A stretch of 60,312 bases of DNA, counting the filler, from Dimargaris cristalligena (Eukaryota): assembly GCA_003614675.1 (NCBI GenBank). It is 4 parts of 4 records of this genome, joined end to end, with 100 filler letters (N's around TTAATTAATTAA, not from the genome) between each part and the next. Parts side by side here need not be neighbours in the genome. Positions count along the whole stretch, not along the records: positions 1 to 15,023 come from ML002918.1; positions 15,124 to 30,138 come from ML002919.1; 2 more parts are not named here. One strand, 5' to 3'. The position numbers and the translations under genes were made by a program. The notes under the pieces were generated by a model, which made no database searches, was not told where the DNA came from, and worked only from the letters and a program-made list of their open reading frames with translations. Below are positions 12,201-23,660 of the stretch, piece by piece (the first letter of the stretch is position 1; every line of letters begins with the position of its first letter).

Positions 12201-13200
12201 CCGCGCCGATGATCTGTACCCGATCCGTCAGAATATGTTGCCCATGTTCTTTGACGCTGTATTATGCGACTATCGCACCAACACCCCCGCCGCCCGGGAC
12301 GCCGAGGTGCTGACCACCCTGACCGCCATCGTGACCCGACTTGGCTCCATGGTCACTGACAAGGTCCCCGTTATCCTGGAGAATGTGTTTGAGTGCACCG
12401 TTAACATGATCAACAAGGATTTCGCCGAGTTCCCCGAACATCGCGTGGGCTTTTTCAACCTGCTCCGGGCCATCGATTTACACTGCTTCTCGGCCCTGCT
12501 GAACCTGCCCCCGGCCCAGTTCCAGATGGTGCTCAACAGCATCGTGTGGGCCTTCAAGCACACCATGCGTGATATCGCGGATACGGGTCTCCATATCTGC
12601 GTGGAACTGCTCAACAATGTCGGGTCCACTGAACCCGCCGTACGCAACGCCTTCGGACAGACCTACTTCGTGGGACTGGTCCAGGACGTCTTCTTCGTGC
12701 TTACCGACTCGGACCACAAGAACGGCTTCCGCTCGCAATGCATGATCCTGAGCCGCGTCTTCCACATGGTGGAGTCGGGTCTGATCTCCCAGCCCATTTA
12801 CGATCCCAGTAAGGTCCCACCCCAGCTGGGCCCCAATCCCTCCAACACCGACTTCTTACGGGCCTATATCGTAAACCTGTTGGCCAATGCATTTCCCCAT
12901 CTGCACCGGTCCCAGCTGGAGCAATTCGCGGTTGGATTATTCGAATACACCCAGGACTTCGACAAGTTTATCACCCACGTGCGCGACTTCCTAATCCAAA
13001 TGAAGGAATTCTCCGGCGACGAAGTAGCCAATGGCACTAAAAATGGCGCCGGCGGTGGTAAGAGCAACATGGTCGACCAACTGTCTCTAATTGATCAGGA
13101 AAAGGAGCTCGAACGCAAACGTCAGGAAGATATGGAGCGGGCCCTTAAGGTGCCCGGTATGGTCAAGCCCCACGACCTGCCGACCATGGATGATGATTAA
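9283..13200 (+). CDS. CRM1: Exportin-1 (~1088 aa), 4 exons: 9283-9288, 9432-9512, 9835-9936, 10123-13200
   Basis: Motifs [50 protein letters not shown] and KVPGMVKPHD. Three phase-0 GT-AG introns. Confidence 0.97.
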
Positions 13201-14738
13201 GTCCTTCGCCCACTGGTTAGGCATGCCCGGTTGCGTACGATTTTGAGGCGAGGGAGTATAACCATCTGATATTGCATTATTTTCATCCCATCTACATCCT
13301 TTGATATTTTTTCTCTTCATTCTTTGGCATTAAACACCTGTTTGGAACAAAGAGGGAGATCAGGTTAATTTTAAAGGATAGCCAACGGGTCTATTTAGTG
13401 GCCTTAAATCAGAGAGCCATCCCCCCATTTGCGGGGGAGACCAACCATCTTCCTACCTACCCTCTCCTCACTACACCACCTAGGCCGCCTGCCAGCCAAA
13501 CCGGTGGGTTCAACTTAGCCTACCCGGCAATCTCATACCCTTTCAATAACCACCCGGTGACTTTTAAGCCGTATCCGTTACTAATGAATTGAAACTTACA
13601 TATTCGATTAACATTCCATCAATGTGGCCATGTTTTAATTTTCTTCTCTTTATTCTAATCGTGGTTGGATTTCACATTCCCAAAGCCCGTTTTCACTTTG
13701 ACACCATTAACATTCCCCAATTTATCTATACATGCCTCAATCTTTTTTCGATGTTTTTATATATTACTACTAACTCCACACTTACCTTTACAACTCAAAT
13801 CCAAATCCAAAAATTCGGTTTAGGAATTAGCAATCCAACTTAGCCAAACTGAGGCAATTCTTCACTTTTCTTTTTTGAATATCCCCAAATCTCGAACCGG
13901 TTCTCTAATCTGATGATATTGAGGGCAGTCACCTTATAATAAAACATGCAAATTTGCATTCAGTGGGGATGGTGGTGTGTCTCGAGTTGTGTCATTTTAT
14001 AGATTTGAACATTGATAAAGATTGTGCTTATAGTGTCCAATAGAATCAAGTCTTTATAAATAGTTTCCATGAGCAAAATTAAGTACAGCTGTACAGGATT
14101 TTGCATGAACAGCAAATAGTAAAGCAGGCCAAGGGTATATTTTTCATCATACAGTTGCAATGAATTTCTATCTTATTCAATGTATTGTTGGTGTTAAGGT
14201 GTCAATAGTGGGCCTTTTAGGTCAGGGTGTCCCAAAAATAAAACTTGAACATTTCAAGGTACACTTTGTATGACACAGCAATGATGGACAAGGTTGCTTG
14301 GGTGGTACAGTAAGGGGGGCACTATGAACTTTAATACTTGTATCAGTAATTAGACAAAGTATAAATATATGAAGTTAGTGCTGGGTACTTGCCAATGTGA
14401 GGTTATTTAAAGGGATGGGTAATCTAGAAATTGTTTTAAGTAGAGGATCTTAGTAAAGCATCTGAATATTTCCACAGCATACCTTTGCTCTAACCCACAG
14501 GCTGTAATTCATTCACATTAAGTTTTAAGTTGGTAATATTCCTATTTAAAATTAATCAGATTAGCTTCATCTAAGGCCAAGTATTCAGTTTCAAAATTTA
14601 CCAAACCTGGCTTAAAGCACCCCACTCCTGAAACTGAAAATCAGGCCATTGATATTAAGTGAATATTTCATTAATAAGTAAGAATATAGTAATTAGTTAC
14701 TGCAAAATCACAGTAGTACTAAAAGTATTATTAAGAGA

Positions 14739-14912
14739 TGTTACCTGGGTTAACTACTCTTAGTCTATCAAGAGTCCTGAGGATAGGCTTCTAACAGTAG
14801 ACAGGGCTTAGGCTTAGTCAAATGGGCTACTAGTATTAAGTACAAGGCATGGTACTAATTAATAAAGGCTAAATATAATGATATATAAGGGGTATGCAGT
14901 AGGCACACTAGC
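14739..14912 (+). mobile_element. Solo-LTR family A, 5' fragment
   Basis: Starts TGTTACCTGGGTTAACTACTCTTAGTCTATCAAGAGTCC, matching the 5' ends of the other copies. Confidence 0.75.
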
Positions 14913-15023
14913 TATAAAGAACTGAAATTAAATCCTTGAAAACTGAACTTTATTTGAAAAAATAGATGATAAGAAGGGAAAGGTAATGATAAACTTGCTG
15001 TTCCAAGAGGTGGCAGCAAGGGG

Positions 15024-15123
15024 NNNNNNNNNNNNNNNNNNNNNNNNNNNNNNNNNNNNNNNNNNNNTTAATTAATTAANNNNNNNNNNNNNNNNNNNNN
15101 NNNNNNNNNNNNNNNNNNNNNNN
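15024..15123. other. Artificial contig spacer
   Basis: 44 N + TTAATTAATTAA (stop in six frames) + 44 N. Confidence 0.99.
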
Positions 15124-15206
15124 GGGGCGTACTTCCGATAAGTGCGAAAAATAGATAAAAAATAAAAGTAGGTAAAAAATGTGGTAAGTTCACCACATTC
15201 TCTAAT
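15124..15206 (+). repeat. Repeat terminus with hairpin and CTAA-T, Helitron-like 3' end
   Basis: Nearly identical to the reverse complement of 60253-60312. TGTGGT-AAGTTC-ACCACA hairpin followed by CTAAT. Confidence 0.45.
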
Positions 15207-15604
15207 ACTCCTAAAACCTGGCTATCACCATCTTCCACTATTGGTTTAAGAATGGCAGAGGCATCAAATAGGGTGACCCTGCTGGTGGTATTGCCCACCA
15301 AGGTTGGCCCTTGCATAGAGGCAGTATAATCATCCCCCAGGCCTTTTCCTGCATTATTTTTGTGATAACCTGACTGATGATTTCAATCTGTGGGTTGAAC
15401 AAGCTATTCTCCCATGACTAGTCTTAGGTTAATATATTGACCCAAGCAGCCTTCAGATGCTCCCTCAGGGTACATAACTGGGTCAATTGAGTATTCTATG
15501 GCCTGGCAAACTAATTAATTGTGTGTAGCCCATATGACTGATCAAGGGATATGAATAATCCCTAATCCAGTTTCCAGTCCCTGTGTTGATTGATCTATAG
15601 CAGG

Positions 15605-16189
15605 TGTCAGCCCCCCTAATCTGACTTAATCAAGACATAATGATCATCCATCCTTATTAGGCCTTATAGTACCATATTAACCTTCCTATAGTCACTCACA
15701 GCACTATGGGATCATCCTACATTATATAACTGTTCCCCTGTCAGACTTCATAGTTCACACTAATCACTCCTGTGCTGATCTAATGACTCTCCCAGTTCCT
15801 AACAGAGCCTTCTAAGTCCTCACAGCCATCCAGCCAGCTTATTTATCATATCTTTAGTCTTAGTAGTACCTTCCCCTGGGGACCTCCCTTTGGAGTCATC
15901 CCCTGTATATATATAACTAGCCCCCATTGGGACTGGTTTGATTCCTTAGCTTATTCTTACCCCTTTAGTTTACTCTAATAAACTCTATATATGCTCACCC
16001 CCTCATACTGACCCATAAGTATGCCCTCTGCATGTCCCTTGTATAACTGATTACCTAAGCCTTTATTAGTTAGTACTGTGCCCCCCCACCTAATATTAGG
16101 ACCCACTTGGCTAAGCCTGAGCCCCATCTACCATTAGAAGCCTATCCTTGGGACTCTTGATGGACTAAGAGTGGTAAACCCAGGTGACA
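15605..16189 (-). mobile_element. Solo LTR family A, full length (585 bp)
   Basis: TGTCA...TGACA termini. Flanks GCAGG/GAAGG give a 4-of-5 TSD match. Confidence 0.85.
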
Positions 16190-18730
16190 GAAGGAAATTA
16201 GCCCTAGTATTCATGATTCCTGCTAAATGACTCACTCCCCCAAAGATTATAATATTATTAGTAACTACTGGATCCCAAATTTGCTGCACTATCTAATTTA
16301 ACAGATGGCTCTATGAGCTGTGGCCATTTATAGCTTCTACTACTCAAGTGGCATCTGTTCTCAACTGAATCTAATGGCTGCTTATCTTGTAGTAATTTTT
16401 AAGTAATGCCTTTTCTACTACTATCAGTTCTAAGGAAGTAATATAGAGTAGGGATTTGGCCTAGTATCCACATACCATGGCCAAGGTTAGAATCATAGGC
16501 CCAACTGAAGCCTTGGCCACTAGTATTAGGGGCCAAGATATGGGTCTGGACTGGGGCTGGGTCTGGATGGCTGAGCCGGGGTTCTAGAAGGGTCTTGCAT
16601 AGGTATTTGAGGTCCCAATAGGCAGCATTTATAAGCTTAATAGGGGCCTCCCAACTCTTTTTCATGGTCAGATAAAGGTATATAGATTATAAGTTCATCC
16701 AGAGAGCAGGAAAGACTAGGTATACTGATTGGAGTAGGCCTGTCAGAGAGGCCAGGGGGTAGGCCTTTACTATCCTCTTCCTTTAAATAGCCTTCCTTAA
16801 TAGAAAATACACTTGAGCAGACAATTATTAATAAAAATTATTAGTTAAATAGAATTAAAGATAGAGGATATCTAAGGCCAAACCCAAGTGGTTAATAATT
16901 ATTGATAACTCCCACTGACATTTAGTTAGATGGGGATAAAGGCTAGGGGACTAGATTAAATATTGTGCCTGGAGGGATATTAATTATATTTCAGTGAGTG
17001 AATCCCATCAGATGGCTAAATAATCATCCAGATAGGGCAAGCAACTTAACTCCCATGAGCCAAGGGTATGAGTTAAGCTCTTTATTGCTTTGCAAAAGAA
17101 GAAAGGTAATAAGATCTACTCAAAGGGGAGAGTATTGAATTAGTAAACCCACCCAAGTAATTGCATTTGAAAATACTATTGGAAATTCTGGTGGATACTA
17201 ATGACTATATAACCATTCTTTAAACCAAAGGATATTATGGACTGGTCTAACTGAATAAAGCTCCTGATAGTGTCCTAAGTTTTGTAGCATATAGTCTATA
17301 ACTGATGTACTACCCTAGGCAGGGACCAGATTTCCCATTCAGTTTAACCACTAACTGATTGACACCTAAGAACCCTCCTAGTAACTTATGGGTCAGGATA
17401 TCACACTTGGATAACTCTTACAGAAGTATGAGGAAATACAGTTAAGCTAACTCTAATCCCCAGCTACTTTCCTCTGACCTCTCCAGTTCACCTTCACAAA
17501 CCATTATCAATTACCATGCTAAATGGAAGAACCTGCCCCCACTTCCTGGAAGGAGTCAGAGGGTATTAAACTTTCCTCCTCCCTGCCCATATTTCCTATT
17601 TTAACCATATTACTATGAATGCCTTTGGGAATCCAAGGAACTTCCAATTACCATTCCAGATTATCTCATTTTAAGTCACTCATTGTGCAAATACACCCTG
17701 TAGTTCTGACCAGTTTTTCCTTTCCAATAAGGTTTTATGGGTTTTAGTTTTACCATAGTAACAAAGCCTCCCCCAAGTTATAGTTTAGTTTAGTGCACCT
17801 TTCTACATTATATTTATATACCTCTACCTTTGGCCCTTAAAATAGTAAGCCATCTCCAAGATACAGTTAATTAATATCTGCTTAAGCTTCACCCAGTGTA
17901 TTACTCTCAGTTAATGACTTCTAGCAGAAGGCTTTTCTTTTTATTATTTTGTTTTTATTGTTCTATTGTTCTTTATCTTACCATATTTTGCCACTGTGGC
18001 CCACCGATTCCTCTGATTGTATGAAGGGAGCCTGGAACTCAAGTTCCTAGAACCCTTTCCAATTTACCCTAGTTCCCACTCTACTGATGATTCCAGCAGA
18101 CCCGAGATGGCATCTCTCCCTTTTCCCAAGTACCCCATGACTCCCCAAGGTGCTGGCCCCTTAAAACCAACATCTGGCAATCCCGTCTTCTCAAACAAAG
18201 GCAAGGACATCAGTCCAACCCTCAGCCTCGATCCCGGGATCCCTCAAAATGCCAACCAGACATATGCATATATCATTATTTCTTAAAAGAAAAATCCAAC
18301 CAAAACACTGTAATTAAATAGAATAAATTTGGCAACCCATTTTGATATAACGCAGAAGGAGAAGAAAAAGGGTGATGGAGGAAGAATCTAAGCGATATGA
18401 TCTAATCAGATGGCAAACTAGCTATATGGTCGGTTTGCTTGGGTGTAGATTATTTACATAGAGGATCGGACTGAAATCAGCGAGGAGGAATAACATGATC
18501 TGGGGCGACGAGATATTACTCGATTTTCCCCACCAAAACCGGATATATCAACGAGTAAGAGGAGGATTGGCCAAGTCAATAGCGCGGAGGTTAAGTGGGG
18601 TGGTGATGGTGATTATATAGGCGTTGGAGATATAAAGAGGAGGGGAAGTAGTAGTCCCGGTTACTCCGCTCCACAAACTAGTGGTGCAGACATAGGGAAG
18701 GGAAGCTTAGATTTAATAAAAGCAGGAAAA

Positions 18731-20516
18731 TTAATAATTAGCCCAGGCCAGCGAACTCAAGATGAGGTTTTCATCACCACTAAAAGAACTTGTAGTGGTT
18801 AGAATATCGCGTGCTTGGTTGAGCTCCTTTGGAGCGCGTAAATACTGCACCCCGGGACAGCCGATATCAGTATCATAATAGGTGTAATTCTGTTCCATCA
18901 AATCGGACTTCAGCTGGTCAACGGTGGTGGGTGGGGTTCCTATGGTATATAGCACGTGTCAATTATAATCAGCAGTGAGTGCGTTAGTTAAAGATGGAGG
19001 AAAGTACAGTACAGGAGTATATATATATATGGAGGTGGGGGAATGGACCGGTTGTCCACGCGCCACAGAGGCAAGAATGGCCGGTGGTTCCATTATTTAG
19101 GCCGAGCTGTCGGTTAATAAAAAAAAAAGCACGCTCTATGGGTAGTTAATTGGGCCTTACCGTCGGGGATCCAAATCAAGGCACAGCCTCCGCCACCTCC
19201 ACCGGTCAGCTTGGAGGCCAGACCATGCCGCTGGGCAAGCAGGCCGAGGTTATCCAAAGTGGGATGGCTAACCCCCAGGAGGGCCAGTAGGGCCTGATTG
19301 AGGGTGATGAGCTGGGCGATTCGCTGGTTCTGACCCAGGGCGGGCAGGGGACTCGAATCAGAACCAGAATCAGATATCTGGTGCTTCGCTTCAAGCAAAT
19401 GTTGAAAAGTCAAGGAAATTCCGTCAATAGCGGCCAGTAAAGGGTCGACTACCAAGGGCAGCTGCCCACGCAGAGCGGCTACCCCGGCGACCATGTTTTT
19501 GGTGTTTTTGGGAATACCGGTATTTACCAGTAAAAAGCGCAGCGAGGTAAATTCGGCCAAATGGGTCATGCCGACACCTTTACGATAGAGCTTGGCCCCG
19601 CCGAACACAGTGATGCTATTGTCCACCCCCGACGACTGGCCATGGATCATTTGCTCGGCCCGGAAGGTCCAGTGGTTGATCAAGTCCAGAGAGTCCTGGG
19701 AGTGCGTAGAATCGATTAGACCAAAATGAGTCAGAAGGGCAGCCGCGACGCACGTACTGAAAGAAGCCGAGGAGCCAAGTCCGGCCCCCACCGGAATAGA
19801 AGATTTCATGATGACGGTGATCCCGGACAAACGGTGGGTGTCGGGATGGGCACGCTGGTACTGGAGGGCGAGTAGACTAAAGAGATACAGGAATGCTAGA
19901 GCGGCGGCCTGTCCGGTCGGGGCGAGGCTTTGGACTAGGGGCCGAAAACGATCCTCGAGTGTCGATGGGTGGCTGTCTATGGAGGGATAAGGCAAAATCG
20001 GGGGTTAGGGTTAGGATTAGCAAGTCGGCCTCGGGAATGTAATGGTTATATATATATTTGGATGTATGATTTCCATGAGCATGCTGAGATAAACACGGTG
20101 GTTTAAGGCTCTACAGCAACGGCACCTACCATCAGTCTCGAGGAGGGGCACCTGGTCCAATGGCAGGGCAATATCCACGCCAACGTCGGATAGGTTGAGC
20201 TGGATGATCGGCAGCAGGTTGGTGCTAAACCAGAGGTAGGTGCGCAGACCTACACTAGCGGCAACGGCAGCCTATAATCGAGTTAATAACGATGCAGGGG
20301 ATCCGGTATCAAATGGGTTAATGATAGAGGCCTCTAATGGAAACGAGGTGTAATGAGATGGACTTGCCCAATACTGGCGGGCAACGAGGGTTTGTAAGGA
20401 GGGAGGCCCTTCAGTTAAGAAGAGAGATGGAAACTTACCTTTTCGTACACGACGGCATGTTCTCCAAAGAGAATGACCTTTCCCGGGGCGGATATAAGAA
20501 ACTCGTTGGTGGCCAT
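18731..20516 (-). CDS. ERG12: Mevalonate kinase, 4 exons: 20516-20439, 20271-20130, 19976-19161, 18939-18731
   Basis: GHMP motifs SAPGKVILFGEHAVVY, PVGAGLGSSA, HGQSSGVDN and SKLTGGGGGGC. GT-AG introns keep the frame. Confidence 0.95.
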
Positions 20517-21283
20517 TGAGAGGGGAGGAATAGCAGTGACGACGGCGGATGAGGGGGAGGAGTTGGGCAAGGAATGGGCAGCCAGGTATACTGTGAGTAA
20601 GGTATAAAAATAGCAGCCACCGGACCTGGTGGACTACGGGCCGCTTAAATAAAGGCACCCGAGAAAAGCTGGAGGGGAAGGAAAGCGTTAGACTTTTAGT
20701 AGAAGTAGAGCTCTATAGGGTTAAAGAAGTGGAGTGGCCTGAGCCAAGTAGCTGGTTCTGGGACTGGAAGAAGCCTGGGGACAACATCCATCATATGACT
20801 CTATTATTGGTCCAAATTTGGCAATTCCACTGTAGCCTATATAATTTAATTTTGGGGTGGCACTTCTTCACTCCAGCATTCTCGTTAGGGTTTTATGCCG
20901 AATCGACGGTATTTATTTCCACTTCTATAAGGTAAAGTGTGGAAGAAACATTTCCCCTGTTGACCTCCAGGGTCTATCGGGACACCTCCCTAAAGGTATA
21001 TCGCACAAGCCAAGGGGCTTTAGACTTAATCTAGGAATCATCTCTGCATTGTGATGAAGAGAATTGTTTCAACCCCTAAGGAGTTGTTCCCCCTTTTTAC
21101 CCCACACGTCTACTGCCTTACCTCGCACATAGTATCTAAGTGCTCTGTTCTAGTATGGTATATCTCGGCATTCCACTAGTTGTTCCTACTATGCCATTAA
21201 GCCCATGGCATACTATACAGTGGTTGCTTCCATTGACCAATGATGCCCGTGACTGTCCCTATCGCGTATATCCATATCCATAT

Positions 21284-21419
21284 GGGTGAAATTCGGCGCA
21301 GTTGTATAGGGTTTTGAATAGTATGTGTATGGGATAGTAGGCGGGATAGGCATGTTTAACCAGTAATATTCGCCTCATCCAACGGATTTTTTCTTATACA
21401 GCCTGGTTGAACCTTTCCC
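21284..21419 (+). mobile_element. ATAT-flanked MITE, copy 1 (136 bp)
   Basis: ATAT-GGGTGAAATTC...GAACCTTTCCC-ATAT with imperfect ~25-bp TIRs. Six further copies in the window. Confidence 0.85.
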
Positions 21420-21925
21420 ATATCAACATCAACATCAACATCAAAATTCCAGTGAAATAGGATGCCTTTAAAAGGAGGCAGACCGAGAGTCACTGTAATT
21501 CCATGGACCCCGTTTCCCTGGTCAACCCGTTCCTGAGGTTAATATATTCATTGGCGCTTTTATTTTAAACAGTCACCTGACAAATAAACTATCCTTTGAC
21601 AGCCCCATTTTTACTATACTACTCTAGCTAGGTGGGAAAAAAAGGAAAGAAAGAAAGCAAGCAAAACGCCCCCCTACTCACTCACCTATTGGGCATAGCA
21701 GAAAAGAGCCCTCTCGCCCACACCTTCGATAGTTGCGGTCCACCTCAGGTGCTCAATAGTCGTCGACCCAGTCGTTTTTTGAGTCCGTAACGAGACCGCC
21801 TGCATACCTGAGTAAGCCTCCGTCTGACCAAAACTCTCCCCCCCTTACCTGTTTGTTTGCTTGTTCTTCTACTTGGAGCCCTTTCGAGGTCAGGGGTTCC
21901 GCGTTTTAAGTGCTTATATGAGGCC

Positions 21926-22876
21926 ATGGACTCGCCCCATTCCCGTCGTAATCTGCTGAGCCTTCCCTACGAGGTACTGTCCACTATTTTCGTCCTGGCC
22001 CGGAATCCCGCCTTTGGTCGAGTAGCCCACCTATGCCGGGCCGTTAGTCTGGACCCCCGGAACCAAGCCCACTGGCTCCTGGCCCGCAACAAGGGGCGTC
22101 CGCACCGTGCCCTTCGCAACGCTCTCCTCTGGAATTTTTGTTCGTTGGAGCTCGTCACCACGCTGGAGACCCGGCTTATTCGCCACTACCAGGCCAAACA
22201 TACCCCGGCCACTCCCCTCCCAAGCGCAACTAATCCGGCCGAGGCGAGCGAAAACGAAGGCGAAATTGAGCTTGAAAGTGAGACCTCTGAACACGAATCC
22301 ACTCGACGTGGCCCGGCCGAGCCTAACCAGGCTGGCCGACGAAAGCGGCGGCATCCCGACCCTGACTCCGGCCTGATCCCTCCTCCCCACAAGCGCCCTC
22401 GGAGGTACTTGGGCTTCTCCGAAGCAGCCCGCTTGCTGCACGACGATCCGATCCTAGCGACCCAGCTACGGGAGTTTTACTCCACCTGCCGGCTATCCCG
22501 CCACCTCTTCAACTTTCCCGAAACCCCCGAGCCGGCCCTTCAGTATATTATATCCATGTTGGCACGCGGTGTTTCTCCCAACGAACCGTTGGGCTACCCC
22601 CTAATTAAATCCGCCCAACTGAATAACACCAGCATGACCCAACGACTGTTGGAGAACCACGCCGACCCGAACTGTAACGATAATGTCGCAATCAAGGTGG
22701 CAGCCGGTCGGGGTAATCACCGCATAGTGCGGCTACTGTTGGAACATGAGTCCCTGCCCTGCAGTACGGCCCTCCGGTACGCCGTGGCCCGTAAACACAT
22801 GAAGATCGCCAACCTTTTAATGAAGTACGGAGCGGCGCCCGATACCGAGACCGTCCGAATACTGTACCGCACCTGA
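21926..22876 (+). CDS. Ankyrin-repeat protein with N-terminal F-box-like segment
   Basis: LLSLPYEVLSTIF near the N-terminus, basic RRKRR/HKRPRR clusters, C-terminal ankyrin repeats (AIKVAAGRGNHRIVRLLLEH, ALRYAVARKHMKIANLLMKYGA). Confidence 0.8.
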   Translation: MDSPHSRRNLLSLPYEVLSTIFVLARNPAFGRVAHLCRAVSLDPRNQAHWLLARNKGRPHRALRNALLWNFCSLELVTTLETRLIRHYQAKHTPATPLPSATNPAEASENEGEIELESETSEHESTRRGPAEPNQAGRRKRRHPDPDSGLIPPPHKRPRRYLGFSEAARLLHDDPILATQLREFYSTCRLSRHLFNFPETPEPALQYIISMLARGVSPNEPLGYPLIKSAQLNNTSMTQRLLENHADPNCNDNVAIKVAAGRGNHRIVRLLLEHESLPCSTALRYAVARKHMKIANLLMKYGAAPDTETVRILYRT

Positions 22877-23408
22877 ACCAGGCCACCCTTGTAAATTATT
22901 TTTGTATTGGACTTACCATGGTGCTTGACTGACATTAATTGATTCCCGTTATTCCCGGTTATCCAGATTGTCAACCTTACACCCTCCCCCTTTACTGATG
23001 ATTGCCCCCCCCCCATGTTAAAGAAGACTATTACCCACCGGAGACTAGTCATCCATGATTATATTGGGGGTTCCTTTAGACAAGAATTCCGATTTTTGAT
23101 GCGGCTGTGGGGGGCTACCACGATTATTATTCTCCGATAGATGATGCCTCTATAAAAGTTTCTTTATTTGCTAACTATAGATGGATGGTCCACATTTAAA
23201 GGAACCCCATTCGACTAGTGTGGTGTGCTGTGGCGGTGGTGGTGGTGGTGATGGCGACTCGGCGGTCAGTAATTAAACATACAGGCCATAAATAATAAAT
23301 TGGGGTAGACCAATCGTGGTAGGGAGAGAAGGTGTGTCCAGCGGAGGGAGGGAGCATTAAAACAAAAAAGAGTACACCGGGACAGGAAAACGTTCCGTCC
23401 AAGCGCGC

Positions 23409-23660
23409 CTACATGGTACTACAGCAGCCCTGTTCCTTCGTGGCGAAGGGGTCGGCGGACGGGGCACCCCAGACAGACGGTACCAAGGGGTCTTTGGTAT
23501 TGAGTATGAAATCGCAGAGGGAGGAGCTCGCCTGGGAAACGGGAATGGTGGCCAGATGCAGTTGGTCACGTAGCCGCTGGTTCTTTTCGACGAGCTTCTT
23601 GTACCGTTGCTCGGCCATGTTCTTTTGCGACGAGTACATGGCGGGTGAAGAAAGGCTCAT
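23409..23660 (-). CDS. STE18: Heterotrimeric G-protein gamma subunit
   Basis: IPVSQASSSLCDF, DPLVPSVWG and a C-terminal CCSTM prenylation/palmitoylation motif. Exact start Met uncertain. Confidence 0.9.
   Translation of the reverse strand: MSLSSPAMYSSQKNMAEQRYKKLVEKNQRLRDQLHLATIPVSQASSSLCDFILNTKDPLVPSVWGAPSADPFATKEQGCCSTM

Noticed and set aside
10045..13320. Many antisense and alternative-frame ORFs over CRM1, and likewise over SNRNP40, RasGEF and SDE2
   Set aside because: Shadows of GC3-rich coding sequence with no independent motifs.
14100..14175. Possible SWIM zinc-finger (MULE) relic on the minus strand
   Set aside because: Needs a frameshift and several back-mutations, and the CxH spacing is wrong.
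15068..15316. ORF running into the spacer
   Set aside because: Artifact of the N run and the stop linker.
20001..20020. TTAGGG-like telomeric repeat
   Set aside because: Only about three imperfect units. On the minus strand it is the CTAAC branch-point region of an ERG12 intron.
21284..21419. MITE as a Fanzor/TnpB guide ghost locus
   Set aside because: No Fanzor ORF or recognisable omegaRNA in the window, so it cannot be supported from this sequence.
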